Shown one piece after another: positions 8,543 through 18,676 of a stretch of DNA of 64,000 nucleotides. The position numbers and the translations under genes are program-made. The notes under the pieces were generated by a model that had not been told where the DNA came from, did no database searches, and saw only the letters and a program-made list of their open reading frames with translations. Position 1 is the first letter of the stretch. Each line of letters opens with the position of its first letter. This DNA is from Bacillota bacterium (GTDB taxonomy: Bacteria > Sysuimicrobiota > Sysuimicrobiia > Sysuimicrobiales > Segetimicrobiaceae), in the NCBI GenBank assembly GCA_021324295.1, contig JAJPJJ010000082.1, positions 96,316 through 160,315 of the forward strand, given 5' to 3'.

Positions 8543-9676
8543 ATGCTGCGAAGCGCCCGGAGGTCGGTCGCGACGTTCGAGCCGGTAGGGCGGCTGGCGC
8601 TGCCCGGCGGCGGCCAGATCGTCGTGGAGGGGCCGTACGCGTATGTGGGACACATGGCGCCACCCCACGGCACATCGATTCTCGACGTTGCGGATCCCGC
8701 CCAGCCCCGCGTGCTCGCGCAGCTGCGCGTGCCGGACGACATCCATTCGCACAAGGTGAGGGTCGCCGATGACCTGATGCTCGTGAACTACGAGCGGTAC
8801 CCCGAAGGCGACCGCACCCGCGCCCCCGATGTGGGGCTCAAAGTTTTCGATGTCATCGACCGGCGCCGGCCGCGCGAGATCGCGTTCTTCCGCACCACCG
8901 GCCGGGGCGTGCATCGCTTCGACCTCCGCGGCACACATGCGTTCCTCTCCACCGAGTGGCCTGGATTCCGGTCGAACATCCTCCTGATCGTCGACTTCGC
9001 AAACCCGGTGCATCCCGCAGTGGCGGGGCACTGGTCCTTTCCCGGTCAAGAGGCGTCCGCATCCTGTGAACCGCTGCCGGCTGACCACTGGGTGCATCTC
9101 GCCCTCGCTCGCGGCGACCGCGTGTACGCAGCGTGCGGCCACGCCGGCGTGATGATCGTGGACATCTCGGATCTCCAACGCCCGCGCACCGTGGGCGGGA
9201 TCGCGTGGGATCCGCCCTACACGGCGCCGACCCACACGTTTCTCCCCGTGCCGCATCCGATTCGGAACCGGCGGTTTGCCGTCGTCACGGACGAAGACGT
9301 GACGGACGATGTGCTCGAGGATCCGCCGGCATTCATGTGGGTGCTGGACATCACGAACGAGCGGCGGCCAGTTCCTGTGGCAACCTATCATGTCGATCCG
9401 GCTGGCCTCGCCGTGCCGGGACAGCGGTTCGGGGCGCATCAGCCGTGGGAGCACATTCGCGAGGACAACATCGTCTTCGTCGCTTGGTTCAGCGGGGGGG
9501 TGCGAGCGGTCGATATCTCCGATCCCTACCGGCCCCGCGAGGTGGCCGCCTACGTCCCGCCCCCGGGACGGGGACGGCCGGTCGCGCAGACCAACGATGT
9601 GTTCGTGGATCGCCGGGGGCTCGTCTATGCCATCGACCGGCACGAGGGGCTGACCGTGCTCGAATTTCATCGCTAG
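8543..9676 (+). CDS. LVIVD-repeat beta-propeller protein, His-rich
   Basis: Repeated motifs SILDVADPAQP, LIVDFANPVHP, MIVDISDLQRP, RAVDISDPYRPRE; His motifs HSHK, GVHR, PTHT, FGAHQ; no signal peptide evident. Confidence 0.8.
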   Translation: MLRSARRSVATFEPVGRLALPGGGQIVVEGPYAYVGHMAPPHGTSILDVADPAQPRVLAQLRVPDDIHSHKVRVADDLMLVNYERYPEGDRTRAPDVGLKVFDVIDRRRPREIAFFRTTGRGVHRFDLRGTHAFLSTEWPGFRSNILLIVDFANPVHPAVAGHWSFPGQEASASCEPLPADHWVHLALARGDRVYAACGHAGVMIVDISDLQRPRTVGGIAWDPPYTAPTHTFLPVPHPIRNRRFAVVTDEDVTDDVLEDPPAFMWVLDITNERRPVPVATYHVDPAGLAVPGQRFGAHQPWEHIREDNIVFVAWFSGGVRAVDISDPYRPREVAAYVPPPGRGRPVAQTNDVFVDRRGLVYAIDRHEGLTVLEFHR

Positions 9677-9752
9677 GGGAACCGGCTTCCGACCGTGCGT
9701 TCCACCGGGGGCGCGTGGCGGGCGCTCAACGTGTGACGAGGAGGGGGAGCCT

Positions 9753-11069
9753 ATGCTGCGTTGCGGCCGTCTTGCAGCCGGAGCCGTCGCGGTCCTGGCA
9801 ATCTCTTTCGTTGTGGGGCTTCCGCGGGGAGCCGACGTTTCGCCGGCCGCTGCGGCGGTCGCCGGCTGGGTGCTACCCACCGGACCGGTCACGCTCACCG
9901 AATGGGACGGCGGCGACGGCACGAAGTCGGCGTTGTTGCGCGAGTTGATCGCAGACTACGAGAAACTCCATCCGAACGTCAAGGTCAACTTCGAGACCGA
10001 CGTGAAATCGCTGAAGGTCGCCGCGGCGATCGCCGCGGGCACGGCGCCCGAGATCTTCGAGGCCTCGGACGCGAACCTTCAGAAGTACATCGCCGCCAAG
10101 GCGGTGGAGCCACTCCCGCCGGCGGCCTGGGGGCAGTCGAGCGTTGACGGCGTCCTTGCACTCTACCTGCCCCACGTCCTGGACGCCGTGACCGCGGGCC
10201 ACAGCCTGTACGCGGTGCCGGACCAGCTGAACGCGCACAGCCTGTACATCAACAACCGGATGTTCCGCGCCGCCGGTCTCGATCCGGCAAAGGGTGCGCC
10301 GAAGACCTGGGACGACGTGGCGCGTCTCAACAAAATCCTCACGAAGAAGCAGGGCGACCGGGTCACGCAGAAGGGTTTCGAATTTCGCTACATCTGCGAC
10401 GACGGGCACTGGCAGGCGCACGTCTTCCATATCCTCGTCTACCAGGCCGGCGGCGACGTCATCAAAGACGGCAAGCCGGTGTTCAACAGCGAGGCGGGCC
10501 TGAAGGCCCTTACGACCTGGAAGTCGCTCGTCGTGGCGCCCGCCGTGACCTCGAACACCTGCTCATCCCCGTACCAGGACTTCGCCGTCGAGCAGGACGC
10601 GATGACCTTCGCCGGCCCGCACGTCGGCAAGATCGTCGAGCAGATCAACCCGGCAATGAAGGGAAATTACACCGTCGTGCCCCTGCCCCAGATGCGGCCC
10701 GATCACCCCGCCACGCTCATCTACTCGTTCAATTGGACCGTCAACGCGCGAGCCTCGGCGGCCCAGAAACGCGTGGCGTGGGACCTCATCCACTTCATGA
10801 GTTCGAAACCCGAGATGTGGTGGCAGCGCATTCAATTCCTGCAGGGCACCCGGGGCTGGCTCACGATGCCGGTGGCGCGCAACACACCGTTCATGTCCGC
10901 CTTCACGCACGATCTGTCCGTCGGCCGGCCGCTGGGACGCACGACCTACTACGCCGACCTTCAGACGATCATCGCGCGGATGGTGGATCGCGTGATCCTG
11001 AAGGACGTGGACCCGAAGACCGCGCTCGCCGAAGCATCGGACGAGTTCACCAGGGCGATCTCTAAGTAG
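9753..11069 (+). CDS. Carbohydrate-type (CUT1) ABC transporter substrate-binding protein 1
   Basis: Signal peptide; YEKLHPNVKV, LYAVP, LYINNRMFRAAGLDP...PKTWDD. Confidence 0.88.
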   Translation: MLRCGRLAAGAVAVLAISFVVGLPRGADVSPAAAAVAGWVLPTGPVTLTEWDGGDGTKSALLRELIADYEKLHPNVKVNFETDVKSLKVAAAIAAGTAPEIFEASDANLQKYIAAKAVEPLPPAAWGQSSVDGVLALYLPHVLDAVTAGHSLYAVPDQLNAHSLYINNRMFRAAGLDPAKGAPKTWDDVARLNKILTKKQGDRVTQKGFEFRYICDDGHWQAHVFHILVYQAGGDVIKDGKPVFNSEAGLKALTTWKSLVVAPAVTSNTCSSPYQDFAVEQDAMTFAGPHVGKIVEQINPAMKGNYTVVPLPQMRPDHPATLIYSFNWTVNARASAAQKRVAWDLIHFMSSKPEMWWQRIQFLQGTRGWLTMPVARNTPFMSAFTHDLSVGRPLGRTTYYADLQTIIARMVDRVILKDVDPKTALAEASDEFTRAISK

Positions 11070-11078
11070 AGTCGCCGG

Positions 11079-12086
11079 ATGGACGCGGTCGACGTCCACT
11101 TCCACGTCGTGCCGCCGGAGTTCTACGAGGCGGTGCGGCGCGGAATGTTCCGCGACTCGGTGGAGATCGAGCGCCGTGGCGGCGTGGAGCGCATGGTGTA
11201 CCACGCGCCGGCCGGGGTGGTGCTGGAGCCGGACGCGGAGATCGATGCGCGGTGCTCGGATGCTCGCCTGATGCTCCAGGGCCTCGACCGGCGGGGGTTG
11301 GACGCGGCGGCGGTCGGGCCGTCGCCGGGCCAGTTCTACTACTGGGCCGATCCCGATCTGGCGGACCAGATCGCGCGCGTGATCAACGACGGTATTGCGG
11401 TCCTGGCGAAGGCGCATCCGGACCGGATGTTCGGCATCGGCACGCTGCCGATGCAGGACGGCGCGCGCGCCGTCCGAGAGCTCGAGCGCGCCGTGACCCG
11501 CCTGAACCTAAGGGGCTTCGAGATCTGCACGCACATCAACGGGCGCGACCTGGACGATCCGGCGTTCGCCCCGGTGTTCGCCGCGGCCGCCCGGCACGAC
11601 GTCCCGATCTTTCTGCACCCGCAAAACTGGGGCGACATGCGGCGTCTTCGGGACTACCACCTGTGGAATCTCGTCGGCTTCCCGGCGGAGACGGCCCTCG
11701 CCGCCACGCGTCTGATCGCGGGGGGCGTGTTCGAACGCCACCCGGACCTGAAGATCATCCTCGCGCATGGCGGCGGGTACTTCCCGTATCAGATCGGCCG
11801 CCTCGACCACGGATACAAGGTGCGCGCGGAGCTCCACGATCGCCTGCCGAAGCCCCCGAGCGCCTACCTGGCGGGGATCTACTGCGACACGCTGACCCAC
11901 AACACTGCGGCGCTGCGGTTCCTCGTCGAGCGCCTCGGGGACGACCACGTGGTGATCGGCACCGACTACCCCTTCGACATGGGGGACGAGTCGCCGATCG
12001 AGACGGTGCGCGCCTGCCGGCTGGGCGCGGAGCGGGAGGCCAGGGTGCTTGGCGGCAACCTGTTGCGCCTCCTGCGCGTGGCGTAG
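11079..12086 (+). CDS. Amidohydrolase_2 family protein (ACMSD-like decarboxylase/hydrolase), paralogue 1
   Basis: DVHFH metal motif, GTLPMQD, FLHP, LAHGGGYFPYQIGR, GTDYPFDMG. Confidence 0.88.
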   Translation: MDAVDVHFHVVPPEFYEAVRRGMFRDSVEIERRGGVERMVYHAPAGVVLEPDAEIDARCSDARLMLQGLDRRGLDAAAVGPSPGQFYYWADPDLADQIARVINDGIAVLAKAHPDRMFGIGTLPMQDGARAVRELERAVTRLNLRGFEICTHINGRDLDDPAFAPVFAAAARHDVPIFLHPQNWGDMRRLRDYHLWNLVGFPAETALAATRLIAGGVFERHPDLKIILAHGGGYFPYQIGRLDHGYKVRAELHDRLPKPPSAYLAGIYCDTLTHNTAALRFLVERLGDDHVVIGTDYPFDMGDESPIETVRACRLGAEREARVLGGNLLRLLRVA

Positions 12087-12089
12087 GCG

Positions 12090-13094
12090 GTGTGGCTGAC
12101 GCGTGCTGGGCCCCCCGCCGTCGCCGGCGGGTCCTCCGCGCGGGCGGAGCGGATCGGCGGGGGCGCCCCGCATCGCCTTCCCGTTCCCACGGTGCCCCGC
12201 GCCGCGCGGGCGGCGCGATGGCTGCGGTCGGCGGAGGTCCGGCACCAGGCGTGGGGCTACCTCTTCCTCGCGCCGATGTTCCTGCTGCTGGTCGTCTTCA
12301 AGTTCATCCCGATGATTCAGGCGCTCTACCTCAGCCTGACGACTTATGATCTGTTGAGTCCACCGCGGTTTGTCGGGCTGCGCAACTACATGACGCTGCT
12401 CGGTGATCCGCTTTTCCACCAGTCGGTCGGTGTCACCGTCTACTATGTCTTCGGTACCTGCGGGTTCATCTGGTTTCTCTCGCTGGCGATGGCGCTGATC
12501 TTCAACGCGCCCCTACCCGGGAAGAACCTGCTGCGGACCATCTATTTCCTTCCGGCAATCGTCCCCGTCGTTGTGTACGCCGTGATCTGGCAGTTCCTGT
12601 TCCACCCGTACGGCCTGCTGAACGTTGCGCTTCACGCTGTCGGTCTCCCGGCGATCCACTGGCTCACGGACACCCGGGCGGTGATGCCGGGGTTCATCCT
12701 CGCCGCCCTGTGGCGGTTTGTCCCGTACTTCATGATCGTCTACCTTGCCGGGCTACAGAACATCCCGCACGAGTACTACGAAGCCGCCGCGATCGACGGC
12801 GCGGCCGGGGTACAGGCGTTCCGGTACGTCACCCTGCCGCTCCTGCGTCCCACGATCCTCCTGGTGGTGGTCGTCTCGATCATCCTGATGTCCAAGGTGT
12901 TCACGAACGTGCTGATCATCACCGGCGGCGGCCCGGACGGAGCCACACGGGTGCTGTCGCTGTTCATCTACCAGACCGGGTTTCAGTTCTTCAAGATGGG
13001 CCTCGCCAGCGCGGCCTCGATCTTCCTGCTCCTGGGGACGATGACGTTCACACTCCTGCAGCTACGGCTCTTCCGCGACGATGCCCGCGGGTAG
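12090..13094 (+). CDS. Carbohydrate ABC permease (MalF-like; start uncertain)
   Basis: EAA motif YLAGLQNIPHEYYEAAAIDGA; TGGGP. Confidence 0.9.
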   Translation: MWLTRAGPPAVAGGSSARAERIGGGAPHRLPVPTVPRAARAARWLRSAEVRHQAWGYLFLAPMFLLLVVFKFIPMIQALYLSLTTYDLLSPPRFVGLRNYMTLLGDPLFHQSVGVTVYYVFGTCGFIWFLSLAMALIFNAPLPGKNLLRTIYFLPAIVPVVVYAVIWQFLFHPYGLLNVALHAVGLPAIHWLTDTRAVMPGFILAALWRFVPYFMIVYLAGLQNIPHEYYEAAAIDGAAGVQAFRYVTLPLLRPTILLVVVVSIILMSKVFTNVLIITGGGPDGATRVLSLFIYQTGFQFFKMGLASAASIFLLLGTMTFTLLQLRLFRDDARG

Positions 13095-13914
13095 GCGCCA
13101 GGATGCGCTCTACTGGTGCGGCGTCCTGCTGGTCGCCGGCTGGGGGCTCGTGCAGCTGGCCCCCATTCTCTGGATGATCTCGACATCGCTCAAGCCACTG
13201 CGCGAGGTCTTCGCGCTGCCGATCCAGTGGGTTCCGCGACCGCCGCAGTGGGCGAACTACCCGGAGGCCTGGAACCACTTTCCGTTCGCCCGCTATTTCG
13301 CCAACAGCTTCATCGTCTCGGCGTCGGTCACCGTGCTGAACGTCCTTCTGGCCGGCATGGCCGGGTACAGCCTCGCCAAGTACCGGTATTTCGGGCAGCG
13401 GGCGTTGTTCATCGCCGTCCTGAGCACGCTCATGCTGCCGATCGAAGTGTTGATGGTGCCGACGTTCCTCATCGTGAAGAGCCTCGGCTGGCTCAACACG
13501 TATCAGGGGCTCGTCATCCCGGTCGTCGCCGACGCGTTCGGCATCTTTCTGATGCGGCAGTACCTGTTGAGCCTGCCGGATTCGCTGGTCGAGGCGGCCC
13601 GCATCGACGGGGCCGGCGAACTCGGTACCTACTTTCGCATCGTCGTGCCTCTGTCGTGGCCCGCCGTCCTCACCCTTGCGATTTTCACGTGGCGGGAGAC
13701 GTGGGACGCGTTCGTGTGGCCGTTCATCATCATCACCGACGACAGCCTGCGCACGGTGCCGATCGGCCTGCAACGGTTTCAGGAGCAGTACGTGACCACC
13801 TACAACTCCGTGATGGCGATTTCGACCGTGGCGATGATCCCGATGGTGCTGCTGTTCTTCTTCTTCCAGCGCGCGTTCATTCGCGGGATTGCGCTGTCCG
13901 GTCTCAAGGAATGA
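13081..13914 (+). CDS. Carbohydrate ABC permease (MalG-like)
   Basis: LPDSLVEAARIDGAGE; FFFFQRAFIRGIALSGLKE. Confidence 0.9.
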   Translation: MPAGRRQDALYWCGVLLVAGWGLVQLAPILWMISTSLKPLREVFALPIQWVPRPPQWANYPEAWNHFPFARYFANSFIVSASVTVLNVLLAGMAGYSLAKYRYFGQRALFIAVLSTLMLPIEVLMVPTFLIVKSLGWLNTYQGLVIPVVADAFGIFLMRQYLLSLPDSLVEAARIDGAGELGTYFRIVVPLSWPAVLTLAIFTWRETWDAFVWPFIIITDDSLRTVPIGLQRFQEQYVTTYNSVMAISTVAMIPMVLLFFFFQRAFIRGIALSGLKE

Positions 13915-14981
13915 CGTCCGGCGAAGCCAAGGTGCCCCCGATGCGACCGACCGAGCTTCCGAGCGCGACGCAGAGCCCGAGGTTCTCGGGCATCCGGACG
14001 TTCATGCGGCTGCCCTGGGCGGCGCCTCCTGCCGCGGATGGTTCGCCGATATCACGCGACGGTTTAGAGGAAGGCGCCTCACCGCCGGCTGAGCCTTCGG
14101 CCAGCCCGGCCCGGCGAGAGGCCGGCGCCGAGGTGGCGATTCTTGGCATCCCCTTTGATACGGCTGCGAGCTTCCGGACCGGCGCCCGCTTCGGGCCCTC
14201 GGCTATCCGCGACATCTCGGTGTTGCTGCGGCCGTCCAACCAGTTCCACCGGATCAACGCCCTCGAGACCCTCCGCGTCGTCGACCGGGGCGACGTCGCC
14301 GTCGTGCCCGGCGATATCGCCCGCACCTACGTAAACGTGGAGGCGGAGTGGGCAGCGTGCGCAGCGGCCGGAATCGTGCCGATCGGGCTCGGCGGCGATC
14401 ACTCCGTGACGCTCGGCGAACTGCGCGGGCTGGCCGCGACACGCGGCACGCTGGCGCTCGTCCAGTTCGACTCGCACTCCGATACGTGGGACAACTACTG
14501 GGGCGTGCGGTACACGCACGGCACGGTCTTCCGGCGGGCGTGCGAGGAGGGGCTGCTGGATACGGCGCGGTCGATCCAGATCGGACTGCGCGGAAGCGAG
14601 TACGCGCCCGGAGACCTCGACGATACCCGGCGGTTGGGCTTCGAAGTCCTCCTGGCGCAAGATCTCGCGCCGATGTCCCCGGCCGAAGTCGGCGCGGTGA
14701 TTCGGCGCCGGGTGGGTGCCGGACCCGCGTTTCTGTCCTTCGACATCGATTTCTTCGACCCGGCGTTCGCCCCCGGCACCGGCACGCCCGAAGCCGGCGG
14801 GCCAACGAGTGCTTTCGGACTGCAGGTGCTCCGTCAACTGGCCGGCATTCCGTTTGCGGGGTTCGACGTGGTGGAAGTCCTACCGGCGCACGATCCGACC
14901 GCGATCACATCACTGCTGGCTGCGACCGTGGTCTTCGAATTCCTGGCCCTCGTCGCGCTGTCGAAGCCGGCGGTGCGCTGA
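13911..14981 (+). CDS. Ureohydrolase (agmatinase/guanidinobutyrase family)
   Basis: GARFGPSAIR, GGDHS, FDSHSD, HGT, SFDIDFFDP, APGTGTP Mn-binding motifs; ATGA overlap with the permease. Confidence 0.9.
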   Translation: MTSGEAKVPPMRPTELPSATQSPRFSGIRTFMRLPWAAPPAADGSPISRDGLEEGASPPAEPSASPARREAGAEVAILGIPFDTAASFRTGARFGPSAIRDISVLLRPSNQFHRINALETLRVVDRGDVAVVPGDIARTYVNVEAEWAACAAAGIVPIGLGGDHSVTLGELRGLAATRGTLALVQFDSHSDTWDNYWGVRYTHGTVFRRACEEGLLDTARSIQIGLRGSEYAPGDLDDTRRLGFEVLLAQDLAPMSPAEVGAVIRRRVGAGPAFLSFDIDFFDPAFAPGTGTPEAGGPTSAFGLQVLRQLAGIPFAGFDVVEVLPAHDPTAITSLLAATVVFEFLALVALSKPAVR

Positions 14982-15198
14982 CCCAGTGCCGTGCTGGAAG
15001 GACGACGGTTACTCCGGGCAGGGCCACGACACCTGCGGCGGGACGCGCAGCCAGATCGTGAGGGCCCGAGCCCAGCGTTGGGAGGCCCTACGCATCGTGC
15101 CGTATCCTCCTCACGGGACCGAGGTCATTTCCTATGCGCCCGCCATTGCGTTCAGCCAGCACTGCTGCGGTGATTAATTTCTGCGGCGGAGGTGTGGT

Positions 15199-16209
15199 TT
15201 GAGACCGAGAGTGTTTGTCAGCCAACCGATCCCGGAACCCGCCCTGGACATGCTGCGTGAGGTCGCGGAGGTAAGCATGTTCCCGCGTCTCGATCGCAAC
15301 ATGAGCGAAGACGAGTGGATCATGGCCGCCCAGCGCGCGGACTACCTCTTCGTGATGGGCGGGAACATCATCACCGCCAACGTTATCAAGGCCAACCCGA
15401 AACTCAAGGGCATCGCGATGGTGCACCGGCGGCTGCCAACCAACAACGCGATCGACCTAGATGCCGCGCGGGCAGTTGGCGTGCCCGTGGTCTTCCAGTA
15501 TCCCTGGGAGCCGGTGTACGATCGGATCGCGGAGGCGACCTGTGATTTGACCATCGCGATGATCCTTGACCTGGCCTACCGGTTGTCGGACGCCGACCGC
15601 TACACGCGATCAGGCCGGCCGCTGCAGGAGCACACCATGGCGCTCATGGGCATCGGCGTCACAGGGAAGATCGCCGGGCTCCTCGGCCTCGGCATCGTTG
15701 CGCGCAAGATGGTGCCGCGCCTGCGCGCGTTCCGGATGCACGTGCTGTACACGAAACGCACGCGGCTTGCGCCCGAGGAGGAGCGCGCGCTCGGCATCGA
15801 GTGGGCGGACCAGGGCGAGATCCTCAGGCGCAGCGACTTCGTCTGCCTGGAGTACGACTACAATCCGAGCAACCACAAGATCATCGGCGAGCGGGAGTTT
15901 GCTATGATGAAGCGCACCGCGTATTTCATCAACACGGCACGGGGTCGGCTCGTTGACGAACCGGCGCTCGTGCGCGCCCTCCAGAACCGGACCATCGCGG
16001 GCGCCGGCCTAGATGTCTTCTGGCACGAGCCGCCGGGATCGCCGGAGATGGCGCCGAGCCCGGAGTTCTTCAAGATGGACAACGTCGTACTGGCGCCGCA
16101 CAACGGGGGCGCGACCTGGGACGCGCGCACAGAGCTGACGAGGGCGACGGCACGCCAGATCATCGCGCTGATCGCGGGGGAGCGTCCGGAGGGACTGGTG
16201 ACGGACTGA
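15199..16209 (+). CDS. D-2-hydroxyacid dehydrogenase (glyoxylate reductase-like), TTG start
   Basis: GLLGLGIVA Rossmann motif followed by YTKRTR; INTARG, GLDVF..EP, APHNGG catalytic residues; GGAGGT RBS. Confidence 0.88.
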   Translation: MRPRVFVSQPIPEPALDMLREVAEVSMFPRLDRNMSEDEWIMAAQRADYLFVMGGNIITANVIKANPKLKGIAMVHRRLPTNNAIDLDAARAVGVPVVFQYPWEPVYDRIAEATCDLTIAMILDLAYRLSDADRYTRSGRPLQEHTMALMGIGVTGKIAGLLGLGIVARKMVPRLRAFRMHVLYTKRTRLAPEEERALGIEWADQGEILRRSDFVCLEYDYNPSNHKIIGEREFAMMKRTAYFINTARGRLVDEPALVRALQNRTIAGAGLDVFWHEPPGSPEMAPSPEFFKMDNVVLAPHNGGATWDARTELTRATARQIIALIAGERPEGLVTD

Positions 16210-16213
16210 GCCG

Positions 16214-17218
16214 GTGAGGTCGCTCGACGTCCACTTCCACGTTGTTCCCCCGGCGTTCGCGGACGCCGTGCGCCGGGGCGTCTTCGTCGCGGCGGTGCAC
16301 ACCGAGCGCTCGGGGGGTGTGGAGCGCATGGTCTACCACGCCCCGCCGGACGTCGTCCTCGAGCCCGGCACGGCACTCCGGCCGGATCTGTACGACGAAC
16401 GGCTCATCCTTGAGGGGGTGACCCGGCGGGGCCTGGACGTAGCCGTGATCGGGCCGTCGCCGGAGGAGTTCTACTACTGGGTTGAGCCGGCGCTTGGAGC
16501 GCGCATCGCTGCGGCCCAAAACGACGGCATGGCGGAACTGGTCCGGGCGCACCCGGACCGCTTCGTCGGGCTGGCCACGCTGCCGATGCAGGACCCTGAG
16601 CGGGCCGCTGCAGAGCTCGACCGGGCGGTGACGGAGTTGGGGCTGCGCGGCGCGGAGATCTGCACCCACGTCAACGGCCGCGACCTCGACCATCCCGGCC
16701 TGCGGCCGGTGTACGCGGCGGCGGAGCGGCTCGCCGTCCCGCTGTTTCTGCATCCGCAGAACTGGGGCGACATGCGGCGGCTTCAGGACTACGCGCTGTG
16801 GAACCTCGCCGGGTTTCCGTTGGAGACGGCGCTCGCGGCCTCGCGTCTCATCATGGGTGCCGTCTTCGAGCAGTTCCCGAGGCTCCGCGTCATCCTCGCG
16901 CATGGCGGAGGGTACCTGCCGTACCAGGTCGGCCGGCTCGACCAGGGTTACGCCGCGCGGCGCGCGGCGAAGGGGCGGCTGCGGCGCCGTCCCAGCGAGT
17001 ATCTCGCGAACCTGTACTGGGACAGCCTGACGCACAACGCCCTGTCCCTGCGGTTCCTGCTGGACCGCGTAGGCGACGGCCACGTCGTGATCGGCAGCGA
17101 TTATCCGTTCGACATGGGGGACGCGCGGCCGGTGGACACCGTGCGTGCGCTGGGGCTTCCCCAGGACGTCGAAGAGAAGGTACTGGTCAAGAACCTCGCG
17201 GGGTTGCTGGGCCTGTGA
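16214..17218 (+). CDS. Amidohydrolase_2 family protein (ACMSD-like), paralogue 2
   Basis: DVHFH, ATLPMQD, LHPQNWGDMRRL, GSDYPFDMG; closely similar to 11079..12086. Confidence 0.88.
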   Translation: MRSLDVHFHVVPPAFADAVRRGVFVAAVHTERSGGVERMVYHAPPDVVLEPGTALRPDLYDERLILEGVTRRGLDVAVIGPSPEEFYYWVEPALGARIAAAQNDGMAELVRAHPDRFVGLATLPMQDPERAAAELDRAVTELGLRGAEICTHVNGRDLDHPGLRPVYAAAERLAVPLFLHPQNWGDMRRLQDYALWNLAGFPLETALAASRLIMGAVFEQFPRLRVILAHGGGYLPYQVGRLDQGYAARRAAKGRLRRRPSEYLANLYWDSLTHNALSLRFLLDRVGDGHVVIGSDYPFDMGDARPVDTVRALGLPQDVEEKVLVKNLAGLLGL

Positions 17219-17292
17219 GCGGCCAGACGCGGCGCGCCGCGGCATCGGCGTCATCCGGCAGCCGGACTGCGGGAGAGTAAGGAGGGATTGGC

Positions 17293-18600
17293 ATGCGGAG
17301 ATCGCGCCTCGTACTGGTCGCCACGCTGCTGGCGGTCGTCCTGTCCGCCTTGCTGCTCGGCAGCGGGGGACGGGCCGCGCGTTCGGCTCCGCCGGGCTTC
17401 CCGACGGGGAGCATCACGCTCACGATGTTCGGCAGCGACGAAGCGCCGGGGTTCCACGTCGAAGAACGTCTGATTGCCGAGTGGCAGCAACTGCATCCGA
17501 ACGTCACCGTGCAGGCGCAGCAGACGCCCCTGGGGCCGGGGTTCCAGAAGCTGTCCACGCAGCTGCCGAGCGGCGGCGGACCGACCCTGTTCGCCGTCTT
17601 CGAGCCGTGGATCGAAGGCTTCGTGCCGTACATGGTGCCCGCGATCCCGGCGGCATTCGGCTTGGCCAGCATGCGGCAGATCTACGATCTTTACCTGCCG
17701 CATTCGCTGGATGCGCAGAGCCGTGGCGGGGCGATCTACTGCCTCCCGAACTCCGCTCCGGCCTGGAGCCTTCTTGTCAACAAGCCGCTGTTTACCGCGG
17801 CGAGTCTCCGGATCCCGGAGGACATCCCGCGTACATGGGCACAGGTCGCCGCCCTGCAGAAGAAACTGACCAAGTACGACGCGAACGGCCAGCTGGTCCG
17901 CCGCGGTTTCGGTATCCGGTACACCGCCGGCCCCCAGTGGTACGCGATGCTGTTCGTAGCGACGGTCGAGTCGCAGGGCGCCCGGGTGCTGGACCGGGAC
18001 GGCACGCCGCTGCTGACCTCTCCCGCGGCTGCCAACGCGATGCGGGTCTTCCAGGAGAACGCCGTTGCCCCGACGATCACGAAAGACGTGCAGACGTCGC
18101 CCTACCAGGACTTCGCCGATGGGCTCGACGTGATGTCCTACGGAGGGGCGAACGCCGTGAGCTTCGCGATCCGCCTCAATCCGGATCTGAAGGGCAACGT
18201 CTACGTCTCGCAGCTGCCGAGCCTCTCGGGGAAGCCCGGCGGGTCGCCGAAGTACTCGTTCGACTACTGCGTCAACAAGAACGCGTCCGCCGCGGAGCAG
18301 TTCGCGGCGTGGAGCCTCATCGATTACATCACGAGCCACGGCGTGGTGCGCTTCATGAACACCGGAAGCATCACGCCGCGCAAGAACGTCTTCGAGGCGC
18401 CCGAGGTCAAGAGCACCCCCTTCATCGAGGTATTCAAGAACGAGCTGATCTACGCCCAGCGGTTGCCGCAGACCCGGCATTGGGGCCAGCTGCAGGCGGC
18501 GATTCAGAACGGCGTGCAGAAGGTGGTGTTCAAGAACGTCCCCGTCCCGCAGGCGCTGCAGGAAATGCAGCAAGAGTACCTGCAGGCGATCGGCAAGTAG
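17293..18600 (+). CDS. Carbohydrate-type ABC substrate-binding protein 2
   Basis: Signal peptide; LHPNVTV, IPRTW, SPYQDFA shared with binding protein 1; GGAGG RBS. Confidence 0.88.
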   Translation: MRRSRLVLVATLLAVVLSALLLGSGGRAARSAPPGFPTGSITLTMFGSDEAPGFHVEERLIAEWQQLHPNVTVQAQQTPLGPGFQKLSTQLPSGGGPTLFAVFEPWIEGFVPYMVPAIPAAFGLASMRQIYDLYLPHSLDAQSRGGAIYCLPNSAPAWSLLVNKPLFTAASLRIPEDIPRTWAQVAALQKKLTKYDANGQLVRRGFGIRYTAGPQWYAMLFVATVESQGARVLDRDGTPLLTSPAAANAMRVFQENAVAPTITKDVQTSPYQDFADGLDVMSYGGANAVSFAIRLNPDLKGNVYVSQLPSLSGKPGGSPKYSFDYCVNKNASAAEQFAAWSLIDYITSHGVVRFMNTGSITPRKNVFEAPEVKSTPFIEVFKNELIYAQRLPQTRHWGQLQAAIQNGVQKVVFKNVPVPQALQEMQQEYLQAIGK

Positions 18601-18676
18601 GCGTTCGAAGAGAGGAGCGTAATCGTCCCGACTCCGGAAGCCCCGCCAGTCTCGAGCCGGGACCCCGCGACGCCTC

